Below, in pieces: positions 37,354-48,318 of a DNA stretch of 60,838 nt. A program made the position numbers and the translations under genes. Where the stretch lies: positions 1 to 60,838 of IMG/VR virus record IMGVR_UViG_3300048635_000011. One strand, written 5' to 3'. How positions within the stretch are numbered: the first letter of the stretch is position 1; each line of letters begins with the position of its first letter. Source of the stretch: a virus (Duplodnaviria > Caudoviricetes). The notes under the pieces are model-generated. The model worked only from the letters and a program-made list of their open reading frames with translations, made no database searches and was not told the origin of the DNA.

Positions 37354-39375
37354 TTATTCTCCTGTATTATCTGGTAAACGTAACTTCTTAGTTGTAAATG
37401 TTTCTACATCTTTTAAACTAAATGTACCTATATTACCTGTGTGTATTGTTCTGTTATAATAGTCCTCTGGGGACTCCCTTCTACTTGTGTAAGCCACTAT
37501 GCTATTTAACATATACATTGGATTACTTAGTAATTTTGTAGTATTAAGGGTTTCTAGCCCTTTATCTAATTCATCTTGTCGTTCTGATAATAAGTCTTCC
37601 CATTCTTTATATTCATTAACAAAATCCAAGTATTCTATACTTGTCTTGGCTGTGGTTATCTTTGTTAATAAAGTTACCCCTTTAATGAGTTGGTCTGCTA
37701 AACTAGCTCCATCAATACCTTTAAAAGCCCCTCCATATTGACTACTAATTAGTATTGTACCTAGAGTTAATAAGTCTCTTAGAGTTCCTGAAGTGTTCTT
37801 AGCAATAAAATCTAAGGTGTACTGTACTATAACCCCTTCTACTGTCATACTTGCTAAAGCCATAGCACTAGCTAGGGAACTAGCTGCTCCTGTTAAAGCC
37901 AATGACTTACCTGCTGTAAATGCCATTAACCCCACACCTATTATTTGTAGTAAAGAAGTAAAAGCAAATGTCTCATACCAGTGTAAATGTATTTTCTGTA
38001 TACTGTTGACTATGGTAAGTACTGATTTATACCCAATAAGCTCCTGCTCACTCTTACTAAAAAAGTCCATAACATGCCTATTAAGAGGTATCATAAACCC
38101 TATCTCTTCACTTGCATCAGCTTTGCGTATAGATTTCCTAACATTTAAATTAGAAGCTCCCCAATTACCTGATATACGCACAAAACTAGTAAAAGTTAAA
38201 TCATGTATTTGTAGTTCCTTATAGTTAGTACTGCTGTACTGATGTTTTAGTATTATGATGGGGTACACTACTACATTTGTTCCACCATTACCATCATCTT
38301 CTTGCGCTACTCCAGTTGTATAGCTTCTAACTACATCTCCCACAACTCCTATTGAACCAGAATGATAAGTAGTAGTAGTGTCTCTAAATTGTATATGAAT
38401 ATGTAAATCATCCTCATAATAGGTAGCTGTTCTCATACCATCAATACTATCATGAAAATATGTTTCACTAACTAGAGCCTCTAAAGAGAAAAAATTAGCT
38501 ACTTTAACCAAAGAATCTGTAGAGTATAGGCTAGTACCTATTACTATAAAAGCGTCATCTATTAAGTTTATATCAGGGTTATCATTAATACTATCTGTAA
38601 TTGCATCTAATTTAAGCCCTATCTTTTTTAAAGCTTTTTTTAAAGATTTAGAACGGGTATTTATAGTAGTGTTATAATTTACTTTGTCTTTTCGTATGGG
38701 GATTATAGGGTAGAACTCACTTCTATATAAGTTAGTATCTAAAATATCAAGGTTAGGGTAAGTATGTGTCTCAGGTAGGTAGTACCAGTATTTCGTCCTA
38801 TTATTATTATCTTTATATTTAACCCTGTACATATATCTATTAGAAGGGGAATTAGGTTCAAAAGGTAATACTCCAGTACCTATAGAACCTTCTGTGTTAC
38901 TTGAATCCAGAGAGTCATAGACTATGGTTGCTGTACCATTAGCATTCAAGGAATACCGTAGGTATTTTCCTAGCAAAGTTGTTCCGTTATATAAAAATCC
39001 ATCTGCTTTAATCCAACTATAGTTATCCTGTAGGTATTTCCATATAATATAGTCATTATCAATTACTCTATAATTAGAACCAATAACACTTGTGAAGGTA
39101 CTACCGTATAAATCTTGTAAGATTATAGCTATCCTACCATCTGAGGTAGTTGTGTTACTTAGATTAGAATTGGGTAACCCGTAGTAGTAATTAGTATTAC
39201 CGTACTTCCATAATGAATGAAGCCTCCTACCCATATTGGATATAGAGGCTTCTACTAAAGCATCCGACACATCATTATTTGTCATTATTGCTTCTACTAC
39301 TAACTCTTTTCTAATATTAGGCACTTCTGCAACCACCTCATTAATGGTTGTGTTTACTATTGTTTCTGTTGCCAT
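37354..39375 (-). CDS. N4 gp53-like structural protein
   Basis: FYPIIPIR, I.DNPD...IDDAFI, WYET..F, hydrophobic C-terminal segments, ESP.DYY.RT; synteny. Confidence 0.8.
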   Translation of the reverse strand: MATETIVNTTINEVVAEVPNIRKELVVEAIMTNNDVSDALVEASISNMGRRLHSLWKYGNTNYYYGLPNSNLSNTTTSDGRIAIILQDLYGSTFTSVIGSNYRVIDNDYIIWKYLQDNYSWIKADGFLYNGTTLLGKYLRYSLNANGTATIVYDSLDSSNTEGSIGTGVLPFEPNSPSNRYMYRVKYKDNNNRTKYWYYLPETHTYPNLDILDTNLYRSEFYPIIPIRKDKVNYNTTINTRSKSLKKALKKIGLKLDAITDSINDNPDINLIDDAFIVIGTSLYSTDSLVKVANFFSLEALVSETYFHDSIDGMRTATYYEDDLHIHIQFRDTTTTYHSGSIGVVGDVVRSYTTGVAQEDDGNGGTNVVVYPIIILKHQYSSTNYKELQIHDLTFTSFVRISGNWGASNLNVRKSIRKADASEEIGFMIPLNRHVMDFFSKSEQELIGYKSVLTIVNSIQKIHLHWYETFAFTSLLQIIGVGLMAFTAGKSLALTGAASSLASAMALASMTVEGVIVQYTLDFIAKNTSGTLRDLLTLGTILISSQYGGAFKGIDGASLADQLIKGVTLLTKITTAKTSIEYLDFVNEYKEWEDLLSERQDELDKGLETLNTTKLLSNPMYMLNSIVAYTSRRESPEDYYNRTIHTGNIGTFSLKDVETFTTKKLRLPDNTGE

Positions 39376-39390
39376 TATATTACCTCATTG

Positions 39391-40278
39391 TTAGCTACTA
39401 GTTGCTCCTGCTAGTAAGCCAATACCTACTTTGGCTTGTCCTATAACTGCATTAATTGATCCATCATCTAATTTACTAGGTATAGTATTATTTGTATCTG
39501 TTGATAATTTAACTGTATGTGCTTGCACCATTAGTCTAGCTAATTTTTGTTCTGCATCTCTAGCAAACCCATCTTTTTGGGCTGTATATAAGGCTACCTG
39601 TGCAGTCATAATATCTAGCTGTTTGACTTCACTATTCTTTTTAGCAGTTAGTAAATTACCCTCTAAACCAGTTTTAGTTACCTGTATATTAAGTAGGCTA
39701 CGTTGTGCGGCTAGATTTAGTTTCTCTTCCTCTAAGTTAAGCTTTTGTTGGGTTACTAATGCGTCATCCTTAGCTATTTTAGCTGCTTGGGCTGCCACCA
39801 ATAAACTTTCTTTTTGTGTTTTAGTGTTTTGACTATCAGATAAAGCACCTTGTAATACAACAAGTGCGGTGTCTTGCACCGTCTTTAATATTTGTTTATC
39901 TAACAGAGAACCTTGTTTTGGAATATTTAAAGTATCTGCCTCTAAACGTAACTTTTCTGCTGTTAGGTTACTTATTTGTTGAGTTACTAAATCTTTGTCT
40001 TTATTCAATTTAGCAACTCTAGCAGTCTCTACCTCTATTTGTTTAAGTGTTAAGTCTGCTTGAGCTGCTGCTTGATGCCTACCTAGTTCATATTGTACAC
40101 TCTGCCCTAATACAGCGGTTAATGCCCCTAAATACACAGTAGCATAATCAGAACTTTTAATACGTTGTTTCTTAAACTGATAGTCAATATGATCTTCTAC
40201 AGAAGCCATAAGTTTATCAAATATACCTGTTCCTGTTACTGAACCAGTAGTAATACTATTTATATCTATGGTAGTCAT
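39391..40278 (-). CDS. N4 gp54-like structural protein
   Basis: ITTGSVTGTGIFDKLM...RI...DYA.VY...; LY.AQ.DGF.RD. Confidence 0.85.
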   Translation of the reverse strand: MTTIDINSITTGSVTGTGIFDKLMASVEDHIDYQFKKQRIKSSDYATVYLGALTAVLGQSVQYELGRHQAAAQADLTLKQIEVETARVAKLNKDKDLVTQQISNLTAEKLRLEADTLNIPKQGSLLDKQILKTVQDTALVVLQGALSDSQNTKTQKESLLVAAQAAKIAKDDALVTQQKLNLEEEKLNLAAQRSLLNIQVTKTGLEGNLLTAKKNSEVKQLDIMTAQVALYTAQKDGFARDAEQKLARLMVQAHTVKLSTDTNNTIPSKLDDGSINAVIGQAKVGIGLLAGATSS

Positions 40279-40290
40279 CTATAAACTCCT

Positions 40291-40797
40291 TTAGTCAATA
40301 CTTCTATTTAATGCTTGCTTAATTTTTAGTTCTTCTAATTCTTCTGGAGTTAAAGGGTCTAACACATGAATACTCAATTCAGGTACAGCAAAACCTACTC
40401 TACGATCTTTACCCCCCGCACCTTTAACTGTTTTAAAAGCTTGATATTTACGCTCTTGCATGTGTTTAAATATAATGTAAGGGACATGGTAACCATCTGT
40501 AGTATTAAATAATACAAACTTCTTGTGAGTGCCTACTATACTATTTGATACAGTATACACCTCTCCTTTAAGGTTAGTTTTATTAGGATTCATCATTGTT
40601 ACATTAACTCGAATAAGCCTACTTGCTTGTTTTCGTAAACGTGCATTACGTTGTACGTTTGATTCTTCTTGAACTACTAAATCTTCTGATACTTGAGCAT
40701 CCTCTAGTAATTCTTTTAATTTGGATTTTCCTGCTTTATGATGATACTTAATGTTCATCAAATCTAAACGTGACTTTAATAATTCTACTTCAGTCAT
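40291..40797 (-). CDS. N4 gp55-like protein
   Basis: LIRVNVT.MNPNK..L.GE..TV.N..VGT..KFV.F...GYHVP; LDPLTPEEL. Confidence 0.88.
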   Translation of the reverse strand: MTEVELLKSRLDLMNIKYHHKAGKSKLKELLEDAQVSEDLVVQEESNVQRNARLRKQASRLIRVNVTMMNPNKTNLKGEVYTVSNSIVGTHKKFVLFNTTDGYHVPYIIFKHMQERKYQAFKTVKGAGGKDRRVGFAVPELSIHVLDPLTPEELEELKIKQALNRSID

Positions 40798-40823
40798 TTT
40801 ATTTTCCTACTTTCCTTTAAAAT

Positions 40824-40846
40824 ACTCCCCTTATTATAAGGGGAGT
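40824..40846 (-). terminator. Terminator after the major capsid gene
   Basis: ACTCCCCTTAT-n-ATAAGGGGAGT followed by ATTTT on the minus strand. Confidence 0.65.
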
Positions 40847-40857
40847 TCTATATGTTT

Positions 40858-42276
40858 TTACCAAGCTGCTACAGTTTTAACTAAAGCAATACGCTCTGGA
40901 CGTAAAGCCATAAAACCATAGTAGTATTTCAAACTAGAGAAGCCAGTTTCACCATAAGGGTCACGAGCATAAGACTCAGGAGACTCAGGTTTAACATGCT
41001 TAGTCTTGAATTTGAAAGACTTACCATTAGTTTCAAAACCAATAGTTGTGAACGACTCGCTACCTACTACTAACATTGGGTAAACGTTATATTTACCACC
41101 AGTCTCATAATAACCAGCATTGTTAGTTACTGTTTTACCAGCTCCATCCCAATGTGCCATCTCAGGTACAACAACTAAACGGAATTGGTCAATAGCTCCA
41201 ATTTCACCACGTAGTAAAGTAGTACCAGCAGCATAGTGACGTGCATCAATAAATGCTTGATTACCAAATCCATCAACCATAGCTTTAACCATAGGGATAA
41301 GCTCTGAGCCAATATACATGATATAAGCAGAATTAACTGTCTTAGTATCAATCATACGAGTACCAGTAATTACTTTGGTATTTTTAGGTGTACGATTATT
41401 TGAAAGATCAATAGCTAAACGCATTAAATCATTATAAGTTACTTGAGATACGTTGCCTGTTTCACCGCTTAGCTCACTAGTAGTAAGAGCTGAACCTGCA
41501 TAACGAATAACACCCGCAGCATTGAGTAAATCTACTTGTAGAGCGTCCTCAGTTAGTTCAATAGCTCCACTCATTAACTCACGATTTAGGTGCATCTGTA
41601 ATTCAGCATCTGTGTCAAAGTCAAGAGATTCTTTAGTGTAGTCATAGTACATACCAAACTTTTCAAAAGTACCTTCTAAATCAACACGGGTAAACCCAAC
41701 TCGGTTTACAAATCCACCATTCTCTGTAAGAGCTGGTAGTTTAGCCGAAATAGTACCTACGTCTTTGCTAGAGCCATAAAGATTACCTGATACTGGAACT
41801 CCTGCGTTTGAATCATCAATAGTCCAAGCAGGGGTAGCTCCTGTAAGAGCTGTCTTAGTAGCTGCATAACTAGTAGTAAATACTTTAAGAGCTTTAAATA
41901 TATCTACTGCTTTAGCTTTAGCTGCTGTAAGAGCTGCTGCTGTAGTAGCACCTTCACCAACTGCATAATGGTTAGTGTAAATATTCTTTCCTTCTTCAGG
42001 ACGAGCAATAACAATAGTTACCTCAACAGTAGTGCTAACACCTGCTGCATCAATACCTTGGTCATTTACGTTAGCGTCATCTAGTAATGGTACATAATGA
42101 TAACGACGAATCTTTTTACCCATGTGCTTAGGCATAGAAGTAACGTCTGCTAACTGAGAGAAATAAGATTCTTTACGTGCTTCCTTAAGAGCTTTACGAA
42201 TGTAGTAATCTGTACGAAATTGTGTGCCAATAGTAGAATCAGTTCCACCAATAGGATTGTTGTATGTTTGTGCCAT
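40858..42276 (-). CDS. Major capsid protein (N4 gp56-like)
   Basis: MPKHMGK.I....YVPLLDD.N.NDQGIDA, GNLYGSSKD.G.I..KLP.LTENGG.VNRVGFTR, DPYGETGFSS. Confidence 0.97.
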   Translation of the reverse strand: MAQTYNNPIGGTDSTIGTQFRTDYYIRKALKEARKESYFSQLADVTSMPKHMGKKIRRYHYVPLLDDANVNDQGIDAAGVSTTVEVTIVIARPEEGKNIYTNHYAVGEGATTAAALTAAKAKAVDIFKALKVFTTSYAATKTALTGATPAWTIDDSNAGVPVSGNLYGSSKDVGTISAKLPALTENGGFVNRVGFTRVDLEGTFEKFGMYYDYTKESLDFDTDAELQMHLNRELMSGAIELTEDALQVDLLNAAGVIRYAGSALTTSELSGETGNVSQVTYNDLMRLAIDLSNNRTPKNTKVITGTRMIDTKTVNSAYIMYIGSELIPMVKAMVDGFGNQAFIDARHYAAGTTLLRGEIGAIDQFRLVVVPEMAHWDGAGKTVTNNAGYYETGGKYNVYPMLVVGSESFTTIGFETNGKSFKFKTKHVKPESPESYARDPYGETGFSSLKYYYGFMALRPERIALVKTVAAW

Positions 42277-42287
42277 AATTAATCACC

Positions 42288-43361
42288 TCATATAAAATTG
42301 TTAATATCTAATTTGTCAAATTCTTCATCACTCATCTCCAAAATATTAATAGGAGCTTTCTTAGATGAAGGTTTGCCTCTAGTAATAGAAGCTGCTTTAC
42401 GTCGAGCATTAGTTTTATTTGTCTGTGTGTTAGAATTATCTGCACTAGGTTTAGTGGAGTTGTTCTCTGGGTTGAAAGCACCTGCTTTGTCCATTGAGTC
42501 CCCTACTATCTTGTAAGCTTCAATATCTGATACATTAGTTAAACGCCCTAATATACGCTCTCTCGCTACATTATCACTGATCTGTTTATATACACCTGAA
42601 CCAATATGATCATTAATGTCTGCGATTATTTGTGGGGACTCAACTAAAATCTTACGACTAGTCTCATCCCATTGGTTAGAAATAACATCTAAAGTTGTTC
42701 GATAAGATGGTGTATCTTGAATAGCTTCAAGCACCTGATCTAACTCTACTTCTGAGTCACTAACCGCATAAGAGTTTGGTTCATACTTTGTTTCTTCTAA
42801 GTCAATATCAATAGGGTCTACACCACTATCTTTAACTAATTTAGCTATTGCATCTGGGTTCTTCTTACTTAAATCAATAAGGTAGCTAAGCTTATCTGTG
42901 TCTAATAAATCATTATTATCTAACATTTTAATAATGTTTAGATTTGGTTTAATAGCAGTCATCTTTTTGGAGTAATTAGCCCCCATTTGCATAAGTGTAC
43001 GAGCTTCATCTACTGACTTAACTTGCATATCAATACCATTAGCTCTGAAAGAGCTTAATAGAGCTTCATACTCTTTTTGGTAATCAATAGCAGGTTGTTC
43101 TTCAGCTACTTCCTCGTTTTCGGAAGTAGTATTTGTTTCTTCTTCACCATCAGACGAAGTGTCTTCTGTCTTCGTTGTTGCTTCAACTTCTTCTTCTTCT
43201 TCTGTTTCATTAGTATCTTGTTGCTCTGATGTATTTTCCTCATCGTCTTCTACAGTAGGAGCTTCTTCTTTATCCTCTACTACTTCTTCTTCCATATCGG
43301 ATAATAGGAGTTTATCTAACTCCTCGTCCGACATTCCCATTACGTCTAGTTCTTCACTCAT
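42288..43361 (-). CDS. N4 gp57-like protein (annotated tape-measure/scaffold)
   Basis: Acidic N-terminus, F.ANG.....EA..LMQMGANY..KM...KP, LIDL.KKNPDAI.KL.KDSG.DP, MSDEEF. Confidence 0.9.
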   Translation of the reverse strand: MSEELDVMGMSDEELDKLLLSDMEEEVVEDKEEAPTVEDDEENTSEQQDTNETEEEEEVEATTKTEDTSSDGEEETNTTSENEEVAEEQPAIDYQKEYEALLSSFRANGIDMQVKSVDEARTLMQMGANYSKKMTAIKPNLNIIKMLDNNDLLDTDKLSYLIDLSKKNPDAIAKLVKDSGVDPIDIDLEETKYEPNSYAVSDSEVELDQVLEAIQDTPSYRTTLDVISNQWDETSRKILVESPQIIADINDHIGSGVYKQISDNVARERILGRLTNVSDIEAYKIVGDSMDKAGAFNPENNSTKPSADNSNTQTNKTNARRKAASITRGKPSSKKAPINILEMSDEEFDKLDINNFI

Positions 43362-43702
43362 TACAATACCTCTTCATTAAGTTCTGCTTGAGTAATTCTG
43401 TCTTGAGCCAAACTATTCTCGGACATATTCCCTAACAACTGTAGTTTAGTAAAATATTGTCTTAAATACCCAATAGCATCTAATTGTTTACTAATGTGTG
43501 TCTGGTCTTCACTACCTTGGACTTGTGGTGCTGCTTTAAGTTCTACTAATGCGGAAGCTTCCTTTACAAAGTACCCATCTAGGATAACTTTCTTAAACAA
43601 TCTATTACTAAGAAGTTTATTCAAGTTATCACGAGCTGCAATGTTAGCTTCTGCTTGTTTAATACTAATTTCTATTTCTCTAATATCTGTATTCATATAC
43701 AT
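43361..43702 (-). CDS. N4 gp58-like protein
   Basis: L..NR.FKKVIL.GYF..EA..LV; synteny. Confidence 0.85.
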   Translation of the reverse strand: MYMNTDIREIEISIKQAEANIAARDNLNKLLSNRLFKKVILDGYFVKEASALVELKAAPQVQGSEDQTHISKQLDAIGYLRQYFTKLQLLGNMSENSLAQDRITQAELNEEVL

Positions 43703-43745
43703 ACTGTCTCTTGTGTCCCCTTAATGGGATATTATTAGTTAAGTC

Positions 43746-45713
43746 TTACTTTTTGGATTCTACTTGCTTATTTTGTTTTCTGTCAAGTTTCTCTAATTCC
43801 CTTTCTTGATTTACTCCTTCTTCTTGTTCTACATAATCTAAATCCTTAAGATCGGCTGTGCTACCTTCTGTTCTAGCTTTAGCTAATAGGTACTGAGCAT
43901 TAGCCTGTTTAACAGCTATATCAGCTTGTTTCTCTTGAAGCTCTGCTTGTAACATAGCTACCTCTAATTGAGCTTTCTGCTCAGCGATAGGGTCAGGTTT
44001 AGGCTCAAACTCTTTAATCTTTTTTGCTAAATAAGGCATTTTACGTAATGTTGCAAAATCAGTTAATATAATTTGCGTAAACTCAGGAGGCATAGTATTA
44101 CCAAGTGTTTGCAACATAAATGAGAGTTCTTCTGCCTTATCATTATCTGCCTCTGCTGTACTTATGGTTAAGCTAATATCAATGTTACCTGCTAAGTCAT
44201 CTCGTCTAACAGTCACAAACTCATCATTAGTAATTCTTACTACTTCTTCCTCTGATAAGAACACAGCATTCATACTAATGAACTTACGTCCTATTCTTTT
44301 AATACCTTCTGCTAATCTACGTAGTATACCTAATTCTCTTTTGCTAGTAGCATCTAAAGCACTTTTAATACCTGTAGCAGTTTTACCTAAACTATTACCA
44401 CTAATACCTTGACTAAAGGCTTTAACCCCACTAATACTTTCAGCCTCATTACTTTGTAATTGGAGCATTTCATGAGCCGATCTTGGTATCTCTGGGTACG
44501 TGTGCATATGAAATGCTTGGTTGGGATCTACATTAGGGTTAAATTCATAATCCAGCCCTCTATCAAACTTACGTTTATTAGTTACATCTAAAGCATCCTT
44601 ACGACTGCCCATTTGTCCATTAGCACTACGAGCCATAGAGTCAATCATACCTCTGGTTACTGCGCCTATTACTTTTTGGTTATCAATTAATAACTCTCCG
44701 TCAGGTTCACCATAGTTATGCTTTTTCCTTGGTAAGTATTGAATTAGTACGAAAGGCAACTTTTCATCAGGAAAAGGGTTCTCTTCCATTCTAATAAGAG
44801 TGTCCCCAACCCAAGTAGCTACAAATGGTTTAACAATTCCAGTACCTTCATAATCCCAGTAACCCCAATACTCAAATGCTACAAACTTCTTACGAGGAGC
44901 ATCATTAAAAGTAAAATCTGCTGTACTCTCATAGTTAGGATGCCCTTGTGTGGAGTTACCTTCTACATTAATATTATCTAAATTTTTATATCTACCATCC
45001 TTTTTTAATTCTGATAAGGAGGTTTCAAAACTATAAATAACAAAATTGGCTTTTTCTATATCGCCTTCTGCTGTAGGGTCAATAATAACATCTTTATAAT
45101 TGCATACCTCTACGGTAGGGTGATTTGCCACAGTAACCAACTGTTTAACCAACTCTGTACCTGTAACTTCTTCTTGTAAAGGGGGTAACCCTTGTTGAAT
45201 CATACTAGCTGCTTGTTCATTATCTAATATAGGCATCATACTAGTTACAGGAATCTCCACTTCCTTAATCTCTTGTACGTTAGTCCAACCAACCCTAACA
45301 ATAGCTGTCCCTTCATCTACTAGCGTCCTAACAATAGTATCTATAAAGTTTATCTTATCTATTTTAGTATTAAATTGGTTATTTAATATTAGCCCATTTT
45401 GTATAGCACTTTCTTTGTCCTCAAAACTAATGGGATCAGTATTAAACACATCCTCTGTACTAAGGAAAGGTTCACTTAAAGCAGCATACCTCCACTCTGC
45501 TTGTTTCCTAATTAATTTAGGTTGAATAGTGGATTTACCTTTACGTTTACCAAGTTTTGCTTGTCCCGTAATATTTAAGTGGTCTAACCAGTTGTCCACC
45601 TCTACTGTGTGGGCACTATGAGAAGTAGTTGCTTCTCTATAATCTTGTTTTAAATCACTCACCTTTGGAGGGTTAGCCCAATCCGTAAGTTTTGTTGTAA
45701 TTACTTCTTGCAT
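43746..45713 (-). CDS. Portal protein (N4 gp59-like)
   Basis: LTDW.N.P....LK.D, PKLIRKQAEWRY.ALSEPFL, R.EENPFPD.KLPFV, A...RSANGQ. Confidence 0.96.
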   Translation of the reverse strand: MQEVITTKLTDWANPPKVSDLKQDYREATTSHSAHTVEVDNWLDHLNITGQAKLGKRKGKSTIQPKLIRKQAEWRYAALSEPFLSTEDVFNTDPISFEDKESAIQNGLILNNQFNTKIDKINFIDTIVRTLVDEGTAIVRVGWTNVQEIKEVEIPVTSMMPILDNEQAASMIQQGLPPLQEEVTGTELVKQLVTVANHPTVEVCNYKDVIIDPTAEGDIEKANFVIYSFETSLSELKKDGRYKNLDNINVEGNSTQGHPNYESTADFTFNDAPRKKFVAFEYWGYWDYEGTGIVKPFVATWVGDTLIRMEENPFPDEKLPFVLIQYLPRKKHNYGEPDGELLIDNQKVIGAVTRGMIDSMARSANGQMGSRKDALDVTNKRKFDRGLDYEFNPNVDPNQAFHMHTYPEIPRSAHEMLQLQSNEAESISGVKAFSQGISGNSLGKTATGIKSALDATSKRELGILRRLAEGIKRIGRKFISMNAVFLSEEEVVRITNDEFVTVRRDDLAGNIDISLTISTAEADNDKAEELSFMLQTLGNTMPPEFTQIILTDFATLRKMPYLAKKIKEFEPKPDPIAEQKAQLEVAMLQAELQEKQADIAVKQANAQYLLAKARTEGSTADLKDLDYVEQEEGVNQERELEKLDRKQNKQVESKK

Positions 45714-45723
45714 AACTTACTCC

Positions 45724-47136
<1,413 letters not shown>

Positions 47137-47139
47137 ATT

Positions 47140-47850
47140 TTATACCCATCCATTCATTTCTAATTTTACATTATCAAAATTCTCTCTATGAAGTAGTGAA
47201 TTTCTTTCTATACTTACACAAGCTGCTTCAAACTTAGCTAAGTACCTTTCTTTTTCTCCATTAACTGTATCACCACTTAAACCTACACTCAATCTTGAAC
47301 CAATATACATTAGTAAAGGCTCTAGTAGCATATCAGGTAACTCTAACTCTAAATCAGGTAAATTACTACTGTTAATATCTATTTTAGGGTGGGAAGCTCT
47401 GTAGGTAACATGAATAGTGTTACCTGTTATTGGGTAAGGGTGCTCTATGACATTATAGGTAGGAGTAAATACAGATAGAGCATTATCTCTATTATTTAAT
47501 GGTAATTCTACCCCTACCTCATTCTCAACTCTTTCTACTTTAAGTACATCCCCTATAAAAGGATACATAGTTGAATCTGATATGTACTTAATAGGTTCTG
47601 TACTACTTATATTACTTTGGGCATATTTAGCATCTAATTTATATAAGGATAAATTACTCTGCAAGTCTAAGGTTACGCTATTAACTTTAACAGGTAATCT
47701 TTTATATATAGCTACTAATGCTATATTTATGTGAGGTATAATTCTAAAGTAATCCTCTGTCTGTATAGAGGTGTTCCCCTCAAAACCACTATACTCTATT
47801 AAGGATAACTCCCCTGATATTAAGTGATCGAATATTTCTTGTAACTTCAT
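47140..47850 (-). CDS. N4 gp67-like head-tail adaptor
   Basis: MKLQEIF..L..GELS...IN.AL..IYKR...LELP..L...L..YI..R...GWV; true start 47850 after AGGAG RBS. Confidence 0.88.
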   Translation of the reverse strand: MKLQEIFDHLISGELSLIEYSGFEGNTSIQTEDYFRIIPHINIALVAIYKRLPVKVNSVTLDLQSNLSLYKLDAKYAQSNISSTEPIKYISDSTMYPFIGDVLKVERVENEVGVELPLNNRDNALSVFTPTYNVIEHPYPITGNTIHVTYRASHPKIDINSSNLPDLELELPDMLLEPLLMYIGSRLSVGLSGDTVNGEKERYLAKFEAACVSIERNSLLHRENFDNVKLEMNGWV

Positions 47851-47862
47851 TTTTTGTGCTCC

Positions 47863-48037
47863 TATATTAGAATATTCTAATTTACTTCTATATATCATTT
47901 GTATATAGATCCATATACGTTTGTATATGGATTCATATACGTTTGTATATAGATCCATATACATCTTTTCTCCTAAGTGTATGTAAAATATAGGAAAAAA
48001 ACTTTTTTCTCTTATATATATTATACAGGGTGTTTTT
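47863..48037 (-). repeat. Second, inverted copy of the origin-like cassette: palindrome + 3x22-bp units + AT-rich flank
   Basis: Units at 47900, 47922, 47944; reverse complement of 47964-48037 aligns with 160-232 (CTGTATAATATATATAAGAGA...CACTTA.GAGAAA.GATGTATAT); TATATTAGAATATTCTAAT at 47863. Confidence 0.9.
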
Positions 48038-48076
48038 CATGTATATTTTTCTTTTTTCTTTTCCTTCTTTTTAACC

Positions 48077-48165
48077 AATAAATTAATAGTAGGTGAAGCT
48101 TCGATTGAGTAGCGGAGTGTAACGAGCAACGGAATGAGAAAGCTGTAGACTACTATTAATTTATT
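48077..48165 (+). other. Structured ssDNA-like hairpin, copy 2
   Basis: 16-bp outer stem of different sequence from copy 1; same GGTGAAGCT...AAGCTGTAGA core; GT-GTA-AC triloop. Confidence 0.75.
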
Positions 48166-48201
48166 ATTCTTTTTCTCTTTTTTTCTTTATGTGCGCTTTC
48201 G

Positions 48202-48259
48202 GCTACAGTATTCTCCCTGCGATGCTCACTACGTTCCGCTTCTCAGTCGATACTTCACC
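48202..48259 (-). other. Structured ssDNA-like hairpin, copy 3
   Basis: Minus strand GGTGAAGTAT CGACT GAGAAGCGGA ACGTAGT GAGCATCGCA GGGAGA ATACTGTAG, with the same spacing and compensatory changes. Confidence 0.7.
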
Positions 48260-48318
48260 TCTCGCTTGTAATGGTATTGTTTTATGTGTTCTCTTCTTAT
48301 ATTGGCTCTCTGTTCGAT

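Noticed and set aside
23038-44412. Many + strand ORFs antisense to vRNAP and structural genes
   Set aside because: Shadow ORFs of long coding genes; S/L-rich, no RBS or motifs.
47851-47964. N-terminal extension of the gp67 ORF (MYMDLYTNVY...)
   Set aside because: It is a translation of the palindromic repeats; the RBS and family-like start are at 47850.
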